The position numbers and the translations under genes were made by a program. A DNA stretch of 64,000 bases from Eledone cirrhosa. Taxonomy: Eukaryota. Within the stretch, counting starts at the first letter, position 1; each line of letters begins with the position of its first letter. The notes beneath the pieces were generated by a model. It was given only the letters and a program-made list of their open reading frames with translations. It made no database searches and was not told where the DNA came from. The DNA lies in the NCBI GenBank assembly GCA_964016885.1, contig OZ024745.1, forward strand, positions 81,964,001 through 82,028,000, in the 5' to 3' direction. Shown one piece after another: positions 24,304-37,865 of the stretch.

Positions 24304-24608
24304 ATTTTGAAAGTAGGTTTATAATAATTAATTTTCATTATACTTTTGTAACTGTCTCGGCGACCTAGTTGGAGGAATCATAGACGGTGGTGATCCTGGT
24401 CTGAAGTTCGATCCTGGTCGGGAGTAGGGTTCCCGGTAAACATTTTCAGTTTTTTTCCTATGGGATGTAAAATAAAAACTGAAAAAGTTTACATGCAACT
24501 CTCGGCCAGGATTGAACCCAAGACCCGGATCACCACCGTCTCTAGTACCTACTGAGACAGCTACGAAAGTTTTCTGAAAAATCATGCTTATAAACCTACT
24601 TTCAAAAT
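24304..24608. mobile_element. Palindromic MITE with B-box-like motifs in both arms (copy at 33795-34099)
   Basis: Termini ATTTTGAAAGTAGGTTTATAA / TTATAAACCTACTTTCAAAAT; inverted GACGGTGGTGATCC...GTTC(G/A)ATCCTGG. Confidence 0.7.
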
Positions 24609-24786
24609 AAAAAAATATATATATATATATATATATACACCACCTTCACCACTAATTGATTTGACAGACGTTAACCCATTGATACCAAACATTATTTGGT
24701 CAGTAGTTCGTGTGTGTGTGTGTGTAAGTATATATATATATGCCCCAGCATGGCCTCAGCCGCATGGCTGAAACAGGTAAAAGAGT

Positions 24787-24821
<35 letters not shown>

Positions 24822-24822
<1 letters not shown>

Positions 24823-24990
24823 CCAAGAGTGGGGAACAGAATCGAAAGCTTTCCTGTAGTCCAGCCAGACTGTAGCCATATTCCTCCTAAGTTGTCGCAC
24901 CTCCGACATCGCAGTTTTGTAGATTAGGAGTTGTTCAGCACATCCCCAAACCCCTTTCTTTCCAGCTGCTTGTTCATCTGTGATGATGTT
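24822..24990 (-). mobile_element. Small R4-like RT fragment (copy ~33410-33572 +)
   Basis: RRNMATVWLDYRKAFDSVPHSWI. Confidence 0.7.
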
Positions 24991-25875
24991 ATTATTTTCA
25001 CATCCCGCCGGGGTTGACTTTGCCTTTCATCCTTACGGAGTCGATAAAATAAAGTACCAGTAATGCACTGGATAATTGCTGGCCTTGTGCCAAAAGTAGA
25101 AACAATTATTTTCACAGTGATCTTGGAGAAATAGGTTCAGGCAGACTATATATATCTTATGCATCAAGTTCTGCCATGCAATGGGTCGGTAGTTTTTTGT
25201 CAAGTGGGTGTCTTTGTTCTTGGGGACCAGTAATGTATGTATGTATGTATGTATGTATGTATGTATGTATGTATGTATTCTGGCTGTCGGAAATATAATA
25301 TATTTTGATTTCTACTAATTCCTTAGGGAATTATTTGGCCAACTGCTTTGCTTAATTGTTTTATTTGTTTTTTTCTAAAAGATTTTTTAATTCTTTCTCT
25401 AGGGCTTTTTGCATTGACCTCTAAAATATTATCATATAAAACTGTTTATTTTAAAATGTTTTTATTTATCTAAAAATCTCCCATCATAATTTTATATAAG
25501 AACATTTGTTAAGTTATGATCCACTTACCAAATAAAGAAAGTTAGTTATATTACTGTTGCTGTTGGACGTTCGTCTACTCTGATGATGAGTGTTCCATTT
25601 ATTTGGAACAACCTGGTCGTGAAATTAATGTCTGGCTAAACATTCTAAAGACTGGTGTAATCCCTTAATATAATTCTCAAGGATATTCAGCATAACAGAG
25701 TGACAAACCTGACCCTTGGATTACCGCTGAGTGGACAAGAGCAACATAAAATAAAGTCTCTTGCTCAAGGTCAAACTCACAACCTGATGATAATGAATAT
25801 TGACGTTCACGGTTACCCTTCTTCTCCCAAGGGTTCTTGTCTATTATAAAGGGCTTGCTTGTCACCTATGAAATT

Positions 25876-26519
25876 TGTTGCAGCTGCCAGTTCAGTTTAC
25901 ATTTTCGTTCGTGAGGCGTCGCCGAAAGCTGTCCTCTGTATTCCAGAAAGATATTTTTCTATTTACGTCCGTCTGTCAGCGTGGTCTTGTTTTACGTGTT
26001 CTATTCGTTTTAACTGCCATTGGAGACGGAGCTAACCGCTTTTGCCAACCACTCATTTTCCTTAAAGATCGATCAACGCCGGACTTGTTCATTCGTCGAG
26101 TTGTTGGATGGGACGTCTGAGCAAGGCCCTTTTCCTGAAAGATGGCTCCCTGTGCAATCTCTCGTATCGTTGCTGCCCGCCGAGATTGCATCCAAACGGC
26201 TGTGTTTTTTGTAGTGTTCGTTTATCAGTCGCTGTACACGGGTTACCAGCGGCCTTGCTATTCATTCGCTGAGTTTTTTGTCGGACGTCCGAGTGAGCCT
26301 CCTTTTCTCGAAAGATGGGTTCCAATGCAATCTCTCGTATCGGTGCTGCTCGCCGAGATTGCGTGTAAAGGGCTGTGTCCGTTGTAATGTTCGATGATAA
26401 TAGAAGACAGGTAGAAGAGAAAATGACTGTATTGGGTGTTTGTTTGATTTGCAGTATGAGGCGAGACCGTGATGTGTGATGTGTGTGTGCGTGCGTAAAC
26501 CAGCGTTCGAATCCGAGAC
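25876..26519 (+). mobile_element. Truncated copy of the solo LTR at 31628-32521
   Basis: Starts TGTTGCAGCTG; breaks at the palindrome junction; has an internal ~173-bp degenerate direct repeat. Confidence 0.65.
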
Positions 26520-29500
26520 CTTTCGGAACCGTTCAACATCATGCGCTCGGTCCGCCAAGGATGTCCCCTCTCGTCCCTCTTGTACGCATCATCAGCCATG
26601 GCATGCCCAGCCCTCCACGTAGCGGGTGTTTAGTGTAGATGGACCGCCTGACCATCGGAGCGCGTCCCTTCAACAAAAAGCGAAAGAGCAAACGCTCCAG
26701 CGCAGTCAGGCGGGGCTTAGGATAAGGTACGACGGTCATGCGGTAGTGGCGGACCGAGCGCATGATGTTGAACGGTTCCGAAAGGTGACCGTTCACTCTC
26801 ACCACAGAGCAGATGTCGCTGTGCGTGGCAGCGATCCAGCTTCTGAAGACGGGCCCAAAGCCCGCCGCCCTCAGGACTGCCGCAACGATGGTCGACCCTA
26901 TCGAAAGCTCTCGACTGATCTAAATTGATCAAGGACCCACCCGTGCCAGGTTCCCTAGCTATCCACTCTACGATGTATCGCATGAGGTGGAGGTTGTCGT
27001 GGATGGATCTGTCGGGAATGGCGTACATCAGCGCCTCTTCCACCAGACCACCAACGACAAGCGCCAACCTCTTTGCTAACACCGTGTCCAAAATCTTGAA
27101 CTCTGTGTTTAGCAGAGTTATGGGCCTGAAATTATCTATGTTATCCTCCTTGTTCGGATCCTTTCTCAGCAGCGCCACAGCTCCTCGGCTCACAGAGCTG
27201 GGAATTCTGCCGTTCTGTTGCCAGTTGCAGTAGACGTCCGCCAAGAGGCCTCCGAACAAGTCTGGCATCTGTAAATAAAGTTCATAGGGCAGACCATCCA
27301 AACCAGAAGATTTACCCCTTGTGCAGCCAGTCATTGCCTCCCGTACTTCAGCGGCTGTTATCGGCTTTTCGCAACACTCCGCCTCAGTGGCCGAGAGCCG
27401 CGGCAGTCCGTCGAGGTAGACACTAAAGTCCATCCCTCGATCCGGCCCGCGACTGCCCCCGAACAGCTGTGCGAAGTGTCGCTGAAAAGCTTCACACATT
27501 TGCCCGGGATCGAGTAGCATGCTCCCGTCGTGGTCCACCAAAGACCGGATCGTGGCTTTGTTGCCACGACGCGCCTCCGCCACTCGGACCCATTGAACGG
27601 CTTTCGTCCCCTCGTGTCTGAGAGCACGCACCCTAGCTCTGACAACACAGCCTTCGTGCTTTGCATTGAAGAATAGGTCAAGGGCCAATTTCGCCGCAAG
27701 TACGTCGGTCGCGATGCCTTTGCTAAGCGCCTCGTCTAATTTTCTAACTAATTCTCCCTCTGCTCTATTTTTCTCTATTGCTAAAGCCTTACTAAACCTA
27801 ATGGACTCTATTCTAATCACTCTTTTCAGAGCAAACCACCACTTGTTGTTGACGATGGCTCCCGTCAACGCCCGCTTAACTAGTTCGCTAATCCGGTCTA
27901 TGTAGGCCTTGCTCGCTGGCAAGGACGCGTTTAGCTTCCAATAGCCGGGTCCTCGTCTATGAAGCCTATCTAATTCAAGCACACAGATCACAAATTTGTG
28001 GTCCGTGTAGGTGACTATCTTCAATTATGGACAGCCTCTGCTAGACCTATCTATTTCCCTACAAAATACTCTATTTAGATATGATCTGGATGACCTGATG
28101 CGGATTGTCCAAGTCCACATTGGCACATTCGGGAAATCCAATCGGTACCTGTCAGACAGTTCAAAACGCCTGCGCAGGTTGGTGAGGCTCTTGCACCCTC
28201 CTCCCTTATCCGCTAATCCCACACAGTCCCAGCGTGCATCTAAGATCCCATTCCAGTCGCCCACTAACACTAAAGAGCGGGACGTTCCTGATTTCTTCCG
28301 GCGTCTGGACACCGGAAGAAATCAGGCCGCCCTGCTCCTGTCGGGGCATAGACGGCCACTAGCCTGAAAGCTTGCCCGTCTCCGCTGGTCACGTCCAGCA
28401 CCACCAACTTACCTTCTGGGTCCAGGAAGATGTCCCGTATGGCGAGATCCAAACCTCTCCGAAAAAGCAGAGCAACTCCTCCCTCCGATCCCGGACGGCT
28501 GGGAGATGCGTACACATCGTAGCCGCCGAAGATCGGTGCAAAGGCCCGTGCTTCGGAGATTCTGGTCTCGCTGATGGCCACTACATCTATGTTTAGTGAC
28601 CTGAGGTCGTTGAGCAGGTGGCCCTGCTTCCATGACGACCCCAAGCCACGCGCATTTATGCTGCCTATTCTGAGTGAGGTCATGTTGAAATGGAGTGGAA
28701 AAGATGGGAAAGACCACTTACCTTACTGCTCGTAGAGGAAGGGTGGTTTCTCCATCCTTTTCACTGTTTGTGGCCTCCTCCGGAAGGATGTCCTTATAAA
28801 TCCTCCCGGAGAGTTCTTGTCTGAAGTCTCCGATGTCTTTGGGGAATTTTTGTTTTAGTGTCGTGTACGTTTTCTGTGTGATGCGAGTGATTTGTATGTG
28901 TGGAGCTGGGGTGTTGTGTAGTCTTTTTCTGTGATGCTGGTGTTGTGTTGAATGTAGTGTAATAATTGGTTGTTGTTCAAATTTAATTGTTTCTACTTTA
29001 GGCACAAGGCCAGCAATTATCCAGTGTATTACTGGTACTTTATTTTATCGACCCCGTAAGGATGAAAGGCAAAGTCAACCTCGGCGGGATTTGAACTCAG
29101 ATCGTAAAGAGACGTAACTATGCTGGAAAGCATGGCGTCCGACCCTCTAGTTCAAATTTAAGGCTGTGTAGTGTGTATCGTTTTTGTTGTTTTGTTTTGT
29201 TTGCGTTTGTTGTGGGTTTGTTTCTGTTGCGCTTTTTGGTGACTTTTGTGGTGTAGGTGATGGTGGTGTTGGGGTTAATGATGGTGATGGTGTTGGTGTT
29301 TGTGGTGATGGGGTTGGTGATGCTGGTGTGGATGGTGGCATAGCTGTCCTAACTTTTTTGTTTGATAGTTTATTTGTTTCCTTCTGTATTTTGTTTTTGG
29401 AGGGGGAAGGAAGAGGATTTTTTCTTTTTTGGCATCTTTTTCTTTTTTTCTTTTTTCCTGATACCGTTTCCCACTCTTCGTCGTCACAATCTGTCTCCAG

Positions 29501-29925
29501 TTGCGATAGGTCGGGGCGTGGAAAATCCTCCACATAGCGTTGGTTTTGGATGTGGCGTGGTGGATGGTGTAGGCGCTGGTGCATATCTCAATCCAAAGCA
29601 AATGAAACAGCATGCGAAGGGGTCGGTGATATTTACATTTACAACCTTCATCGCGATGATCATTATCATGATAATTGTTCAACCCCAGCTCACTCCTGGT
29701 CGAGTATTCCAGCGGTAATCAACCGGTTTTTTGCTATGCATACGAATAGAAATGTATTCTTTTCCAAGACTTGAGAAAGATTTGGTTGCTATTTCGAGTA
29801 GGTCAAACGACTGCATTGGTGGAGTGATGAGGTGATAATGGTAGGAAAGGAATTGAAATGGAATAACCAAAGAATAATTCATTTCATTCCTCATCGGATT
29901 TGAACTTTGTCTTTTACCTTTTATG
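26520..29925 (-). mobile_element. Tx1/L1-clade LINE: ORF1 remnants and frameshifted ORF2 (APE endonuclease + RT), 3' end rearranged
   Basis: ORF2 start MTSLRIGSINARGL (28683), SETR, VYAP, GDWN, TDH, GYWKLN, FRPITLLN, LDQSRAFDRVDH, SVRQGCPLS; SINE inserted at ~28985-29148. Confidence 0.92.
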
Positions 29926-30230
29926 CGAAGGCGCATGATTTAGTGGTTAGTATTTCCGGCTCGAGTTCGATTTTCCGGTGGCACGTTGTATCCTTGAGCA
30001 AGACACTTTATTTCACGTTGCTCCAGTCTACTAAGCTTACATAAAATGTGTTGTGTCTGCAATTCAAAGAGCCAGCCTTATCTGTGCCACGCTGAATCTC
30101 CCCGCTAACTGCGTTAAAGGTACGGGTGTCAGTGTTTAGGTTAGCCACATGTACGTTAATTTCACGAGCAGTCTGTTCAGGGTTCGAACAACTGATGCAG
30201 TTACCGACCTAGCCGACGGAAGTCCAACAT
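29926..30230 (+). mobile_element. tRNA-derived SINE (second family)
   Basis: TAGTGGTTAG A-box, GTTCGATT B-box, body CCTTGAGCAAGACACTTTATTTCACGTTGCTC; relatives at ~25560-25790(-), ~49995-50240(+), ~60410-60640(-). Confidence 0.75.
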
Positions 30231-30394
30231 ACACTTTCTTTTTCTATATTTTTGGAGTTGTTCAAAAATAAAAGTATCAGTCACAGACCTGTCAACTCTC
30301 CCCGTCGGACGGGGAGATCTCCCACTCACTTTGGGACGGGTGAGGAATGTCTTCTCTTGTGAAAATGGGTATAGTTTTCATTATGTAAAATCTC

Positions 30395-31420
30395 CTCCAG
30401 CTGCTCCTGCTTCAGTTGAACTCCATTCGCATGTAGAGTGCGCTGCGCAGGCTTCCATGAGAGAATGACTGTTTCAGTTTTCGCAGCATTGATTTTCATT
30501 CCAGCCATGCAGCACTTGGCATCAAATCTATCAAGTACAAGTCGGAGATCACTTTCTGTCGAGTTAAGTAATACCATGTCGTCTGCAAACACCAGCCGAC
30601 TAATTTTACACCCGCCAGTTATGATACCACTTCCAACCCGGTTGCGCATGTCAATCCTGTTCATGAAAATAATGAACAGATGTGACAATACGCACCTTTG
30701 ACGGAGTCCAACTCCCACATTGAATGGTTTCCATTTAGCACCATTTATCCGAACACAAATACTCGGGCATTCGTATAGAGATATCAGGGCAGCAAGAAGC
30801 TGACCATCGATCCCATACTCCAGCAGAACCTTCCACAGCAGGTCCCGAGGAACGCGGTCATATGCCTTTTCAGGGTCTATAAAACAAGAATAAACCTCTT
30901 GGCAATATTCCCACGATTTTTTGAAGACCTACAGCTTTGTCTCGAGCATCTCCCTTCATCTCTTTGCCAGACATTTAACAGAGACTTTTCCGGGGAGGCT
31001 TAACAAGGAGATCGTTCTTTAATTGGAACCAACTCTCTTATCTCCCTTTTTGAAAATTGAGATTATCACTCCCGATTGCCACTGATTAGGCGCCTTTCCA
31101 GAGATCCAAGCCACCTGGCACACACGAGCCAGCCAGAGATTACCTTCTCTATTTAAGGCTTTTAACATCTCGGGCTGGATTTCATCTTCCCCGATAGCCT
31201 TGATACCTTTGAGCTTTTTAATTTCTCTTGTAACTTCAGCCTCCGAGGGATTAGTCACTGCTCCCAGATGTATCTCATGTACATCAGAAGATGCTGTTGT
31301 GATCGGATTTAGGAGATCGGCAAAGTATTCTCTCCACCTCTGAAGAGAGAAGAACCCCAGACGCGTTCCTGATAACAGGTGTGGAGGAGGACTTCTTATT
31401 ACGAATGCTGGGTTTACGTT
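30395..31420 (-). mobile_element. RTE-clade LINE RT fragment
   Basis: RWREYFADLLN, KAIGEDEIQPEMLKAL, GLRQRCVLS, LVFADDMVLL. Confidence 0.88.
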
Positions 31421-31627
31421 CATTTAATCTACTCCCAATACTTAATTAATACACCAAACTGAGAATAAAATTGTGTGATGCCGATTCTGTATATGTCGCT
31501 CCCAATTTTGTTCGGAGCTAATTTACGTCTTCAAAAACGGGTAGTGTTTATTAATCCAAGGGAAGTAACTCTATTTTGCAATTACAGTCTTAAACTTGAA
31601 ATCTGTTCATAATATAAAAGATATTTT

Positions 31628-32521
31628 TGTTAGTTGGCTGTTTGGCTGGTTGGTTCCTTCGCGCATCACACAAAAACGAAAAATGACAATCGAAAAGTAA
31701 ATACAGCAATAGAATAAGGAAGGTTTATTGATACAAATTATATAACATCAAAGAAGAAAAAAAAACATCCCAAGGATGATAACCAACTTAACTGCTATTT
31801 CTAGCAGGTTGGAAATCAACCATAAGGGATTCTCTCTGCACGTTCGTTGTTAGTGATGATCTTGTTTCGCGGCCAGCGTCTCGGATTCGAACGCTGGTTT
31901 ACGCACGCACACACACATCACACATCACGGTCTCGCCTCATACTGCAAATCAAACAAACACCCAATACAGTCATTTTCTCTTCTACCTGTCTTCTATTAT
32001 CATCGAACATTACAACGGACACAGCCCTTTACACGCAATCTCGGCGAGCAGCACCGATACGAGAGATTGCATTGGAACCCATCTTTCGAGAAAAGGAGGC
32101 TCACTCGGACGTCCGACAAAAAACTCAGCGAATGAATAGCAAGGCCGCTGGTAACCCGTGTACAGCGACTGATAAACGAACACTACAAAAAACACAGCCG
32201 TTTGGATGCAATCTCGGCGGGCAGCAACGATACGAGAGATTGCACAGGGAGCCATCTTTCAGGAAAAGGGCCTTGCTCAGACGTCCCATCCAACAACTCG
32301 ACGAATGAACAAGTCCGGCGTTGATCGATCTTTAAGGAAAATGAGTGGTTGGCAAAAGCGGTTAGCTCCGTCTCCAATGGCAGTTAAAACGAATAGAACA
32401 CGTAAAACAAGACCACGCTGACAGACGGACGTAAATAGAAAAATATCTTTCTGGAATACAGAGGACAGCTTTCGGCGACGCCTCACGAACGAAAATGTAA
32501 ACTGAACTGGCAGCTGCAACA
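31628..32521 (-). mobile_element. Probable solo LTR
   Basis: TGTT...AACA termini, ~890 bp, AATAAA on the minus strand near 31725; TSD imperfect; related fragments at ~12834-13110 and ~18055-18330. Confidence 0.6.
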
Positions 32522-33570
32522 AATTTCATAGGTGACAAGCAAGCCCTTTATAATAGACAAGAACCCTTGGGAGAAGAAGGGTAACCGTGAACGTCAATAT
32601 TCATTATCATCAGGTTGTGAGTTTGACCTTGAGCAAGAGACTTTATTTTATGTTGCTCTTGTCCACTCAGCGGTAATCCAAGGGTCAGGTTTGTCACTCT
32701 GTTATGCTGAATATCCTTGAGAATTATATTAAGGGATTACACCAGTCTTTAGAATGTTTAGCCAGACATTAATTTCACGACCAGGTTGTTCCAAATAAAT
32801 GGAACACTCATCATCAGAGTAGACGAACGTCCAACAGCAACAGTAATATAACTAACTTTCTTTATTTGGTAAGTGGATCATAACTTAACAAATGTTCTTA
32901 TATAAAATTATGATGGGAGATTTTTAGATAAATAAAAACATTTTAAAATAAACAGTTTTATATGATAATATTTTAGAGGTCAATGCAAAAAGCCCTAGAG
33001 AAAGAATTAAAAAATCTTTTAGAAAAAAACAAATAAAACAATTAAGCAAAGCAGTTGGCCAAATAATTCCCTAAGGAATTAGTAGAAATCAAAATATATT
33101 ATATTTCCGACAGCCAGAATACATACATACATACATACATACATACATACATACATACATTACTGGTCCCCAAGAACAAAGACACCCACTTGACAAAAAA
33201 CTACCGACCCATTGCATGGCAGAACTTGATGCATAAGATATATATAGTCTGCCTGAACCTATTTCTCCAAGATCACTGTGAAAATAATTGTTTCTACTTT
33301 TGGCACAAGGCCAGCAATTATCCAGTGCATTACTGGTACTTTATTTTATCGACTCCGTAAGGATGAAAGGCAAAGTCAACCCCGGCGGGATGTGAAAATA
33401 ATAACATCATCACAGATGAACAAGCAGCTGGAAAGAAAGGGGTTTGGGGATGTGCTGAACAACTCCTAATCTACAAAACTGCGATGTCGGAGGTGCGACA
33501 ACTTAGGAGGAATATGGCTACAGTCTGGCTGGACTACAGGAAAGCTTTCGATTCTGTTCCCCACTCTTGG

Positions 33571-33616
<46 letters not shown>

Positions 33617-36600
33617 ACTCTTTTACCTGTTTCAGCCATGCGGCTGAGGCCATGCTGGGGCATATATATATATACTTACACACACACACACACGAACTAC
33701 TGACCAAATAATGTTTGGTATCAATGGGTTAACGTCTGTCAAATCAATTAGTGGTGAAGGTGGTGTATATATATATATATATATATTTTTTTTTATTTTG
33801 AAAGTAGGTTTATAAGCATGATTTTTCAGAAAACTTTCGTAGCTGTCTCAGTAGGTACTAGAGACGGTGGTGATCCGGGTCTTGGGTTCAATCCTGGCCG
33901 AGAGTTGCATGTAAACTTTTTCAGTTTTTATTTTACATCCCATAGGAAAAAAACTGAAAATGTTTACCGGGAACCCTACTCCCGACCAGGATCGAACTTC
34001 AGACCAGGATCACCACCGTCTATGATTCCTCCAACTAGGTCGCCGAGACAGTTACAAAAGTATAATGAAAATTAATTATTATAAACCTACTTTCAAAATC
34101 AAAGTTAAAAAGTTGTGGTGCCGTTCATGGCTTTCCTGGAGCTATTAGTCATATTTAGGATCGTCTTGTCAATCTTCTGGCTCTTTGGTAACAACCTTAT
34201 TATTCCTATATGTGTTTAACTGTTGAATTTCGTGAAAAAAAAAAAAGTACTATTTGGATGGCCGTTGACTCTGTTGAGTTCTCCCCCCCCCCGCCCTTTG
34301 CCGGGTTTGTATTTCATCGCGCAGTGTCCGAATATCACCCTCCTCACAAAGCAAGCTTGGTGGCGTTGTTGGTTTAGTTGTCGACGACCCGACCATGAGA
34401 CAGGTTGTAATGGGTTACATGTTACCAGTAGCACTCGAGAGCAACCTGACATACGTACATACATACATCAGTCAACGCGACCAGTCGCACATATTGGCAT
34501 GGGAGACTATTCATTAAATTTAAGATGAATACTATCTCTGACAGTAATGCCACAACTACCAGTCGTTTTGAATAACTGGATATTATTCTAACTATACCCA
34601 CTGAAGAAACCTTTTTTTCAAATTCGTAGAAATATCCGTCTAAATACATGATTCATTTTACAATTCATTTACAATAATTTGCTACAAACAGCATATACAT
34701 GACGCCAATACACTGCCAATGATAAGTTGTCAGTCTCTAGGGAAAATGACTGGAAACTGTGCAGGGTGGTCCGAAAGTATTGTCACCTCGCTACCAAAAA
34801 GTAATGAGAAACAGTTTATGGTGTATCCTCTTCGGAGGAGCTGGTTTGCCGAATCTTGCAGTGAAGTCATGTCGCACATCCTCCATGTTCTTGCCAGAAT
34901 GCACACGATCATGTGTCCCTACACTTGCAAGCAAGTGTATGGACACATGTAGGACAAACTGTAGGAGCTGTGAAATAGAAAATTATATTATTATTATTAT
35001 TATTATATATCTTAACTATAATAAAAAAGGAGTGCGGGACTGCGTCCAGAATATATTTTTTTATCCCGTTTGTAAAATAAGTTGGATTACTTTGAATAAA
35101 TAATGAATGAATATTACATAATTTATCTACTAAATTTCGTAGCTGTTGATTAAATATATTTTATTGCTTATTTAAAGATTCACTTCTTTAAAATTTTCAA
35201 ATGCCAACACTTCCGGTTAGCGATCGCTTAAATAAACATTCATATATTTCCGTCACTAATTTTCTCCTAATGCAGTTTATATATAATATCGTCTTTTTTA
35301 ATATATAATGGACTAGCAGTAAAGCCCGGCGTTGCTCGGGGTCGCTCAGTAGCTGTGTTAAGGTTACAATGTTAAGTTTCTTTTTGGGCTTAAAGTCTGT
35401 CTGCACGACTGTCTGTCTGCACGCCTAACGAAATTTACAGATACATATATTTTAAATAAACTTATATAATTTTTGCTTTTTTTTACGAAATATTTGCTTG
35501 TTTTACGTAGTCTTTAAATAGACTTGTTTTCAAGTAAAAATATTGTTTTAAAAGGCTTTTAAATGGAAATGAAGCAAAACGGAAGCTTAGTGTTCGAACT
35601 GATGAATTTTGCAGGTCAAAATTGTGCTGGCTCGACAACTGTTCGTGTATTGTGTTAATGTCATTTTAAACGCTGAGAAAGCCAGCGTAATTCTTTTAAT
35701 TTTTGCACGCAGTAAGACGCTCAATGTAAACAGAACAAAGGGAAATAACTCGTCACTTACGCTCAAAAATCGATACATTAGATTCGATTTCGTCACATAG
35801 GGTTGGTCAATTTGAAATATTTTTTTTCCGATGTCTTCGCTAGGGCTCAATGTACAAGTATAGCAATTTCGGTGCAATTCCGTCAGAGATTCTAAGAGGA
35901 TATGTGCCAAAAATCGATAGACAGACAGACAGACAACCACAGCTTTATATATATAGAACAAAGGGAAATAACTCGTCACTTACGCTCAAAAATCGATACA
36001 TTAGATTCGATTTCGTCACATAGGGTGGGTCAATTTGAAATATTTTTTTTCCGATGTCTTCGCTAGGGCTCAATGTACAAGTATAGCAATTTCGGTGCAA
36101 TTCCGTCAGAGATTCTAAGAGGAGATGTGTGCCAAAAATCGATAGACAGACAGACAACCACAGCTTTATATATATAGATGACATAATCAAAAACGAGAAG
36201 TTATTTGAAAATTTATTTGACCGATGGTTCCGCCGGACCTTCAACTATAAGTGTAGCAATTTCACCGAAATTCGAACGTGCGGTTTAAGAGGAGATGTGT
36301 GCCGAAGGTTTTAGTAGACAGACAGACAACCTCAGTTTTATATATATAGATGACATAATCAAAAACAAGAAGTTATTTGAAAATTTATTTGACCGATGGT
36401 TCCGCCGGACCTTCATCTATAAGTGTAGCAATTTCACCGAAATTTGAACGTACGGTTTAAGAGGAGATGTGTGCCGAAGGTTTTAGTAGACAGACAGACA
36501 ACCTCAGTTTTATATATAAAGATTACGTTACTGATAACATAAGAGAGTGTAACGCAGTCTTCGTTCAATTTCTGTGTATATTGTCAATTACGATTTTATT

Positions 36601-37269
36601 GATGAATCATATCTACATGTATATATACTTGCGTATAATATCAATATACATACTACACATGCCAGCAGAAAACCACCAGAAGAGTGGTTTTTCTGCTAGT
36701 TATAATTAATGATATTATATATTATATTATTAAAACAAAAAATAATTGTTTCTACTTTAGGCACAAGGCCAGCAAATACCCAGTACATTACTGGTACTTT
36801 ATTTTATCGACCCCGTAAGGATAAAAGGCAAAGTTAACCTCGACGGGATTTGAACTCACACTGTAAAGGGACAATGAAAGTTAAAACAATATGACAAGGG
36901 GTGACAAGACTTTCGGACCACCCTGTATATATATCTATATATATGTGCATGTATGTATGTATATATATATATATAAGTAGAAGAGATATTTAATTTGTTG
37001 GAAATTCAACAAATATAAATGTTTATAACTTATTCAGAGCACTCGACAGTTTTCTGGAGTAAATATTCAATGACATTAAATAAATGGAAACTATATTTAT
37101 AAAACCATATTTATTCTGTTATATATATTTCAAGGGTACCAAAAAACTTTGGTACGTTTTCATCAGATAAAATACAAAGAGTGTTTTATAAATGTTGACA
37201 TAGCCAAGGAGGAAACATACCTTATCAGTTGAATTTTACTTGGATAGTGAATTTAAAGAACGGATTTTT
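31878..37269. repeat. Right arm of the ~5.4-kb inverted duplication
   Basis: Reverse complement of 21138-26519. Confidence 0.95.
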
Positions 37270-37865
37270 GAATCTGACCCTGTACCCATCTTTCTTTACC
37301 ATTCTCTTGGCTTTATCTAATTACTTCCGAATTACCTGGATTGTTTCGCATTTGTTGGCTGCTTTGGCAAATGACACGATGTTATTCTCATTGTGGTTGT
37401 TGCTGTTGTGGTTATTGTTATTTTTAGTTTCAGTTGTGGTGGTAGTGGCGTCAGTGGTGTTCGGTGTGGAAGAGTCCATTCTGTGTGAATCCATTTCGAT
37501 GTCACGAGATAATTTATTTTTTTCTTTTGTTTCTGTTGTCGCTGTGGTGGTGGTGGGGTGGTGGCTTTAACACCTGCAGTTATTGGTAATGGCGGGAAAT
37601 GAATGTCTGCATGAGACAAATTTAAATTATTGCTACTGCTTATATTTTTAGTGTTGGCAACCGTAGTAATATTTACAATGGTGGTGTCGGTGTGAGGTGT
37701 TAGTTTGTGAGGAAGGTGTTAGACTGTGAGTCGTCCATGATTTTTTCAAATAAATTTTTTGTTTGATAATTATAAAAGTTTAAATTTTGGGGTCAAGGCC
37801 CCAATCTTTTCGAGTGTCCTTTTCCGAAAGCAATCTCAGCAAGCGACAATGCAACACATTACGGC
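37270..37865 (-). mobile_element. Possible 5' end / ORF1 start of a Tx1-like LINE
   Basis: T/N-rich low-complexity frame followed by IVSFAKAA (S[YF]AxA ORF1-like motif), cut at the palindrome arm. Confidence 0.4.

Larger units (their letters stand above)
21138..26519. repeat. Left arm of the ~5.4-kb inverted duplication
   Basis: Reverse complement of 31878-37269; many mirrored ORFs (25875+/32277-, 23939+/34216-, 22166+/35945-). Confidence 0.95.

Noticed and set aside
25570-25640. CTGATGA...hairpin...GAAA resembling a hammerhead
   Set aside because: Lies in the reverse-strand tail of a SINE (compare 30150-30230); no proper stem I or III
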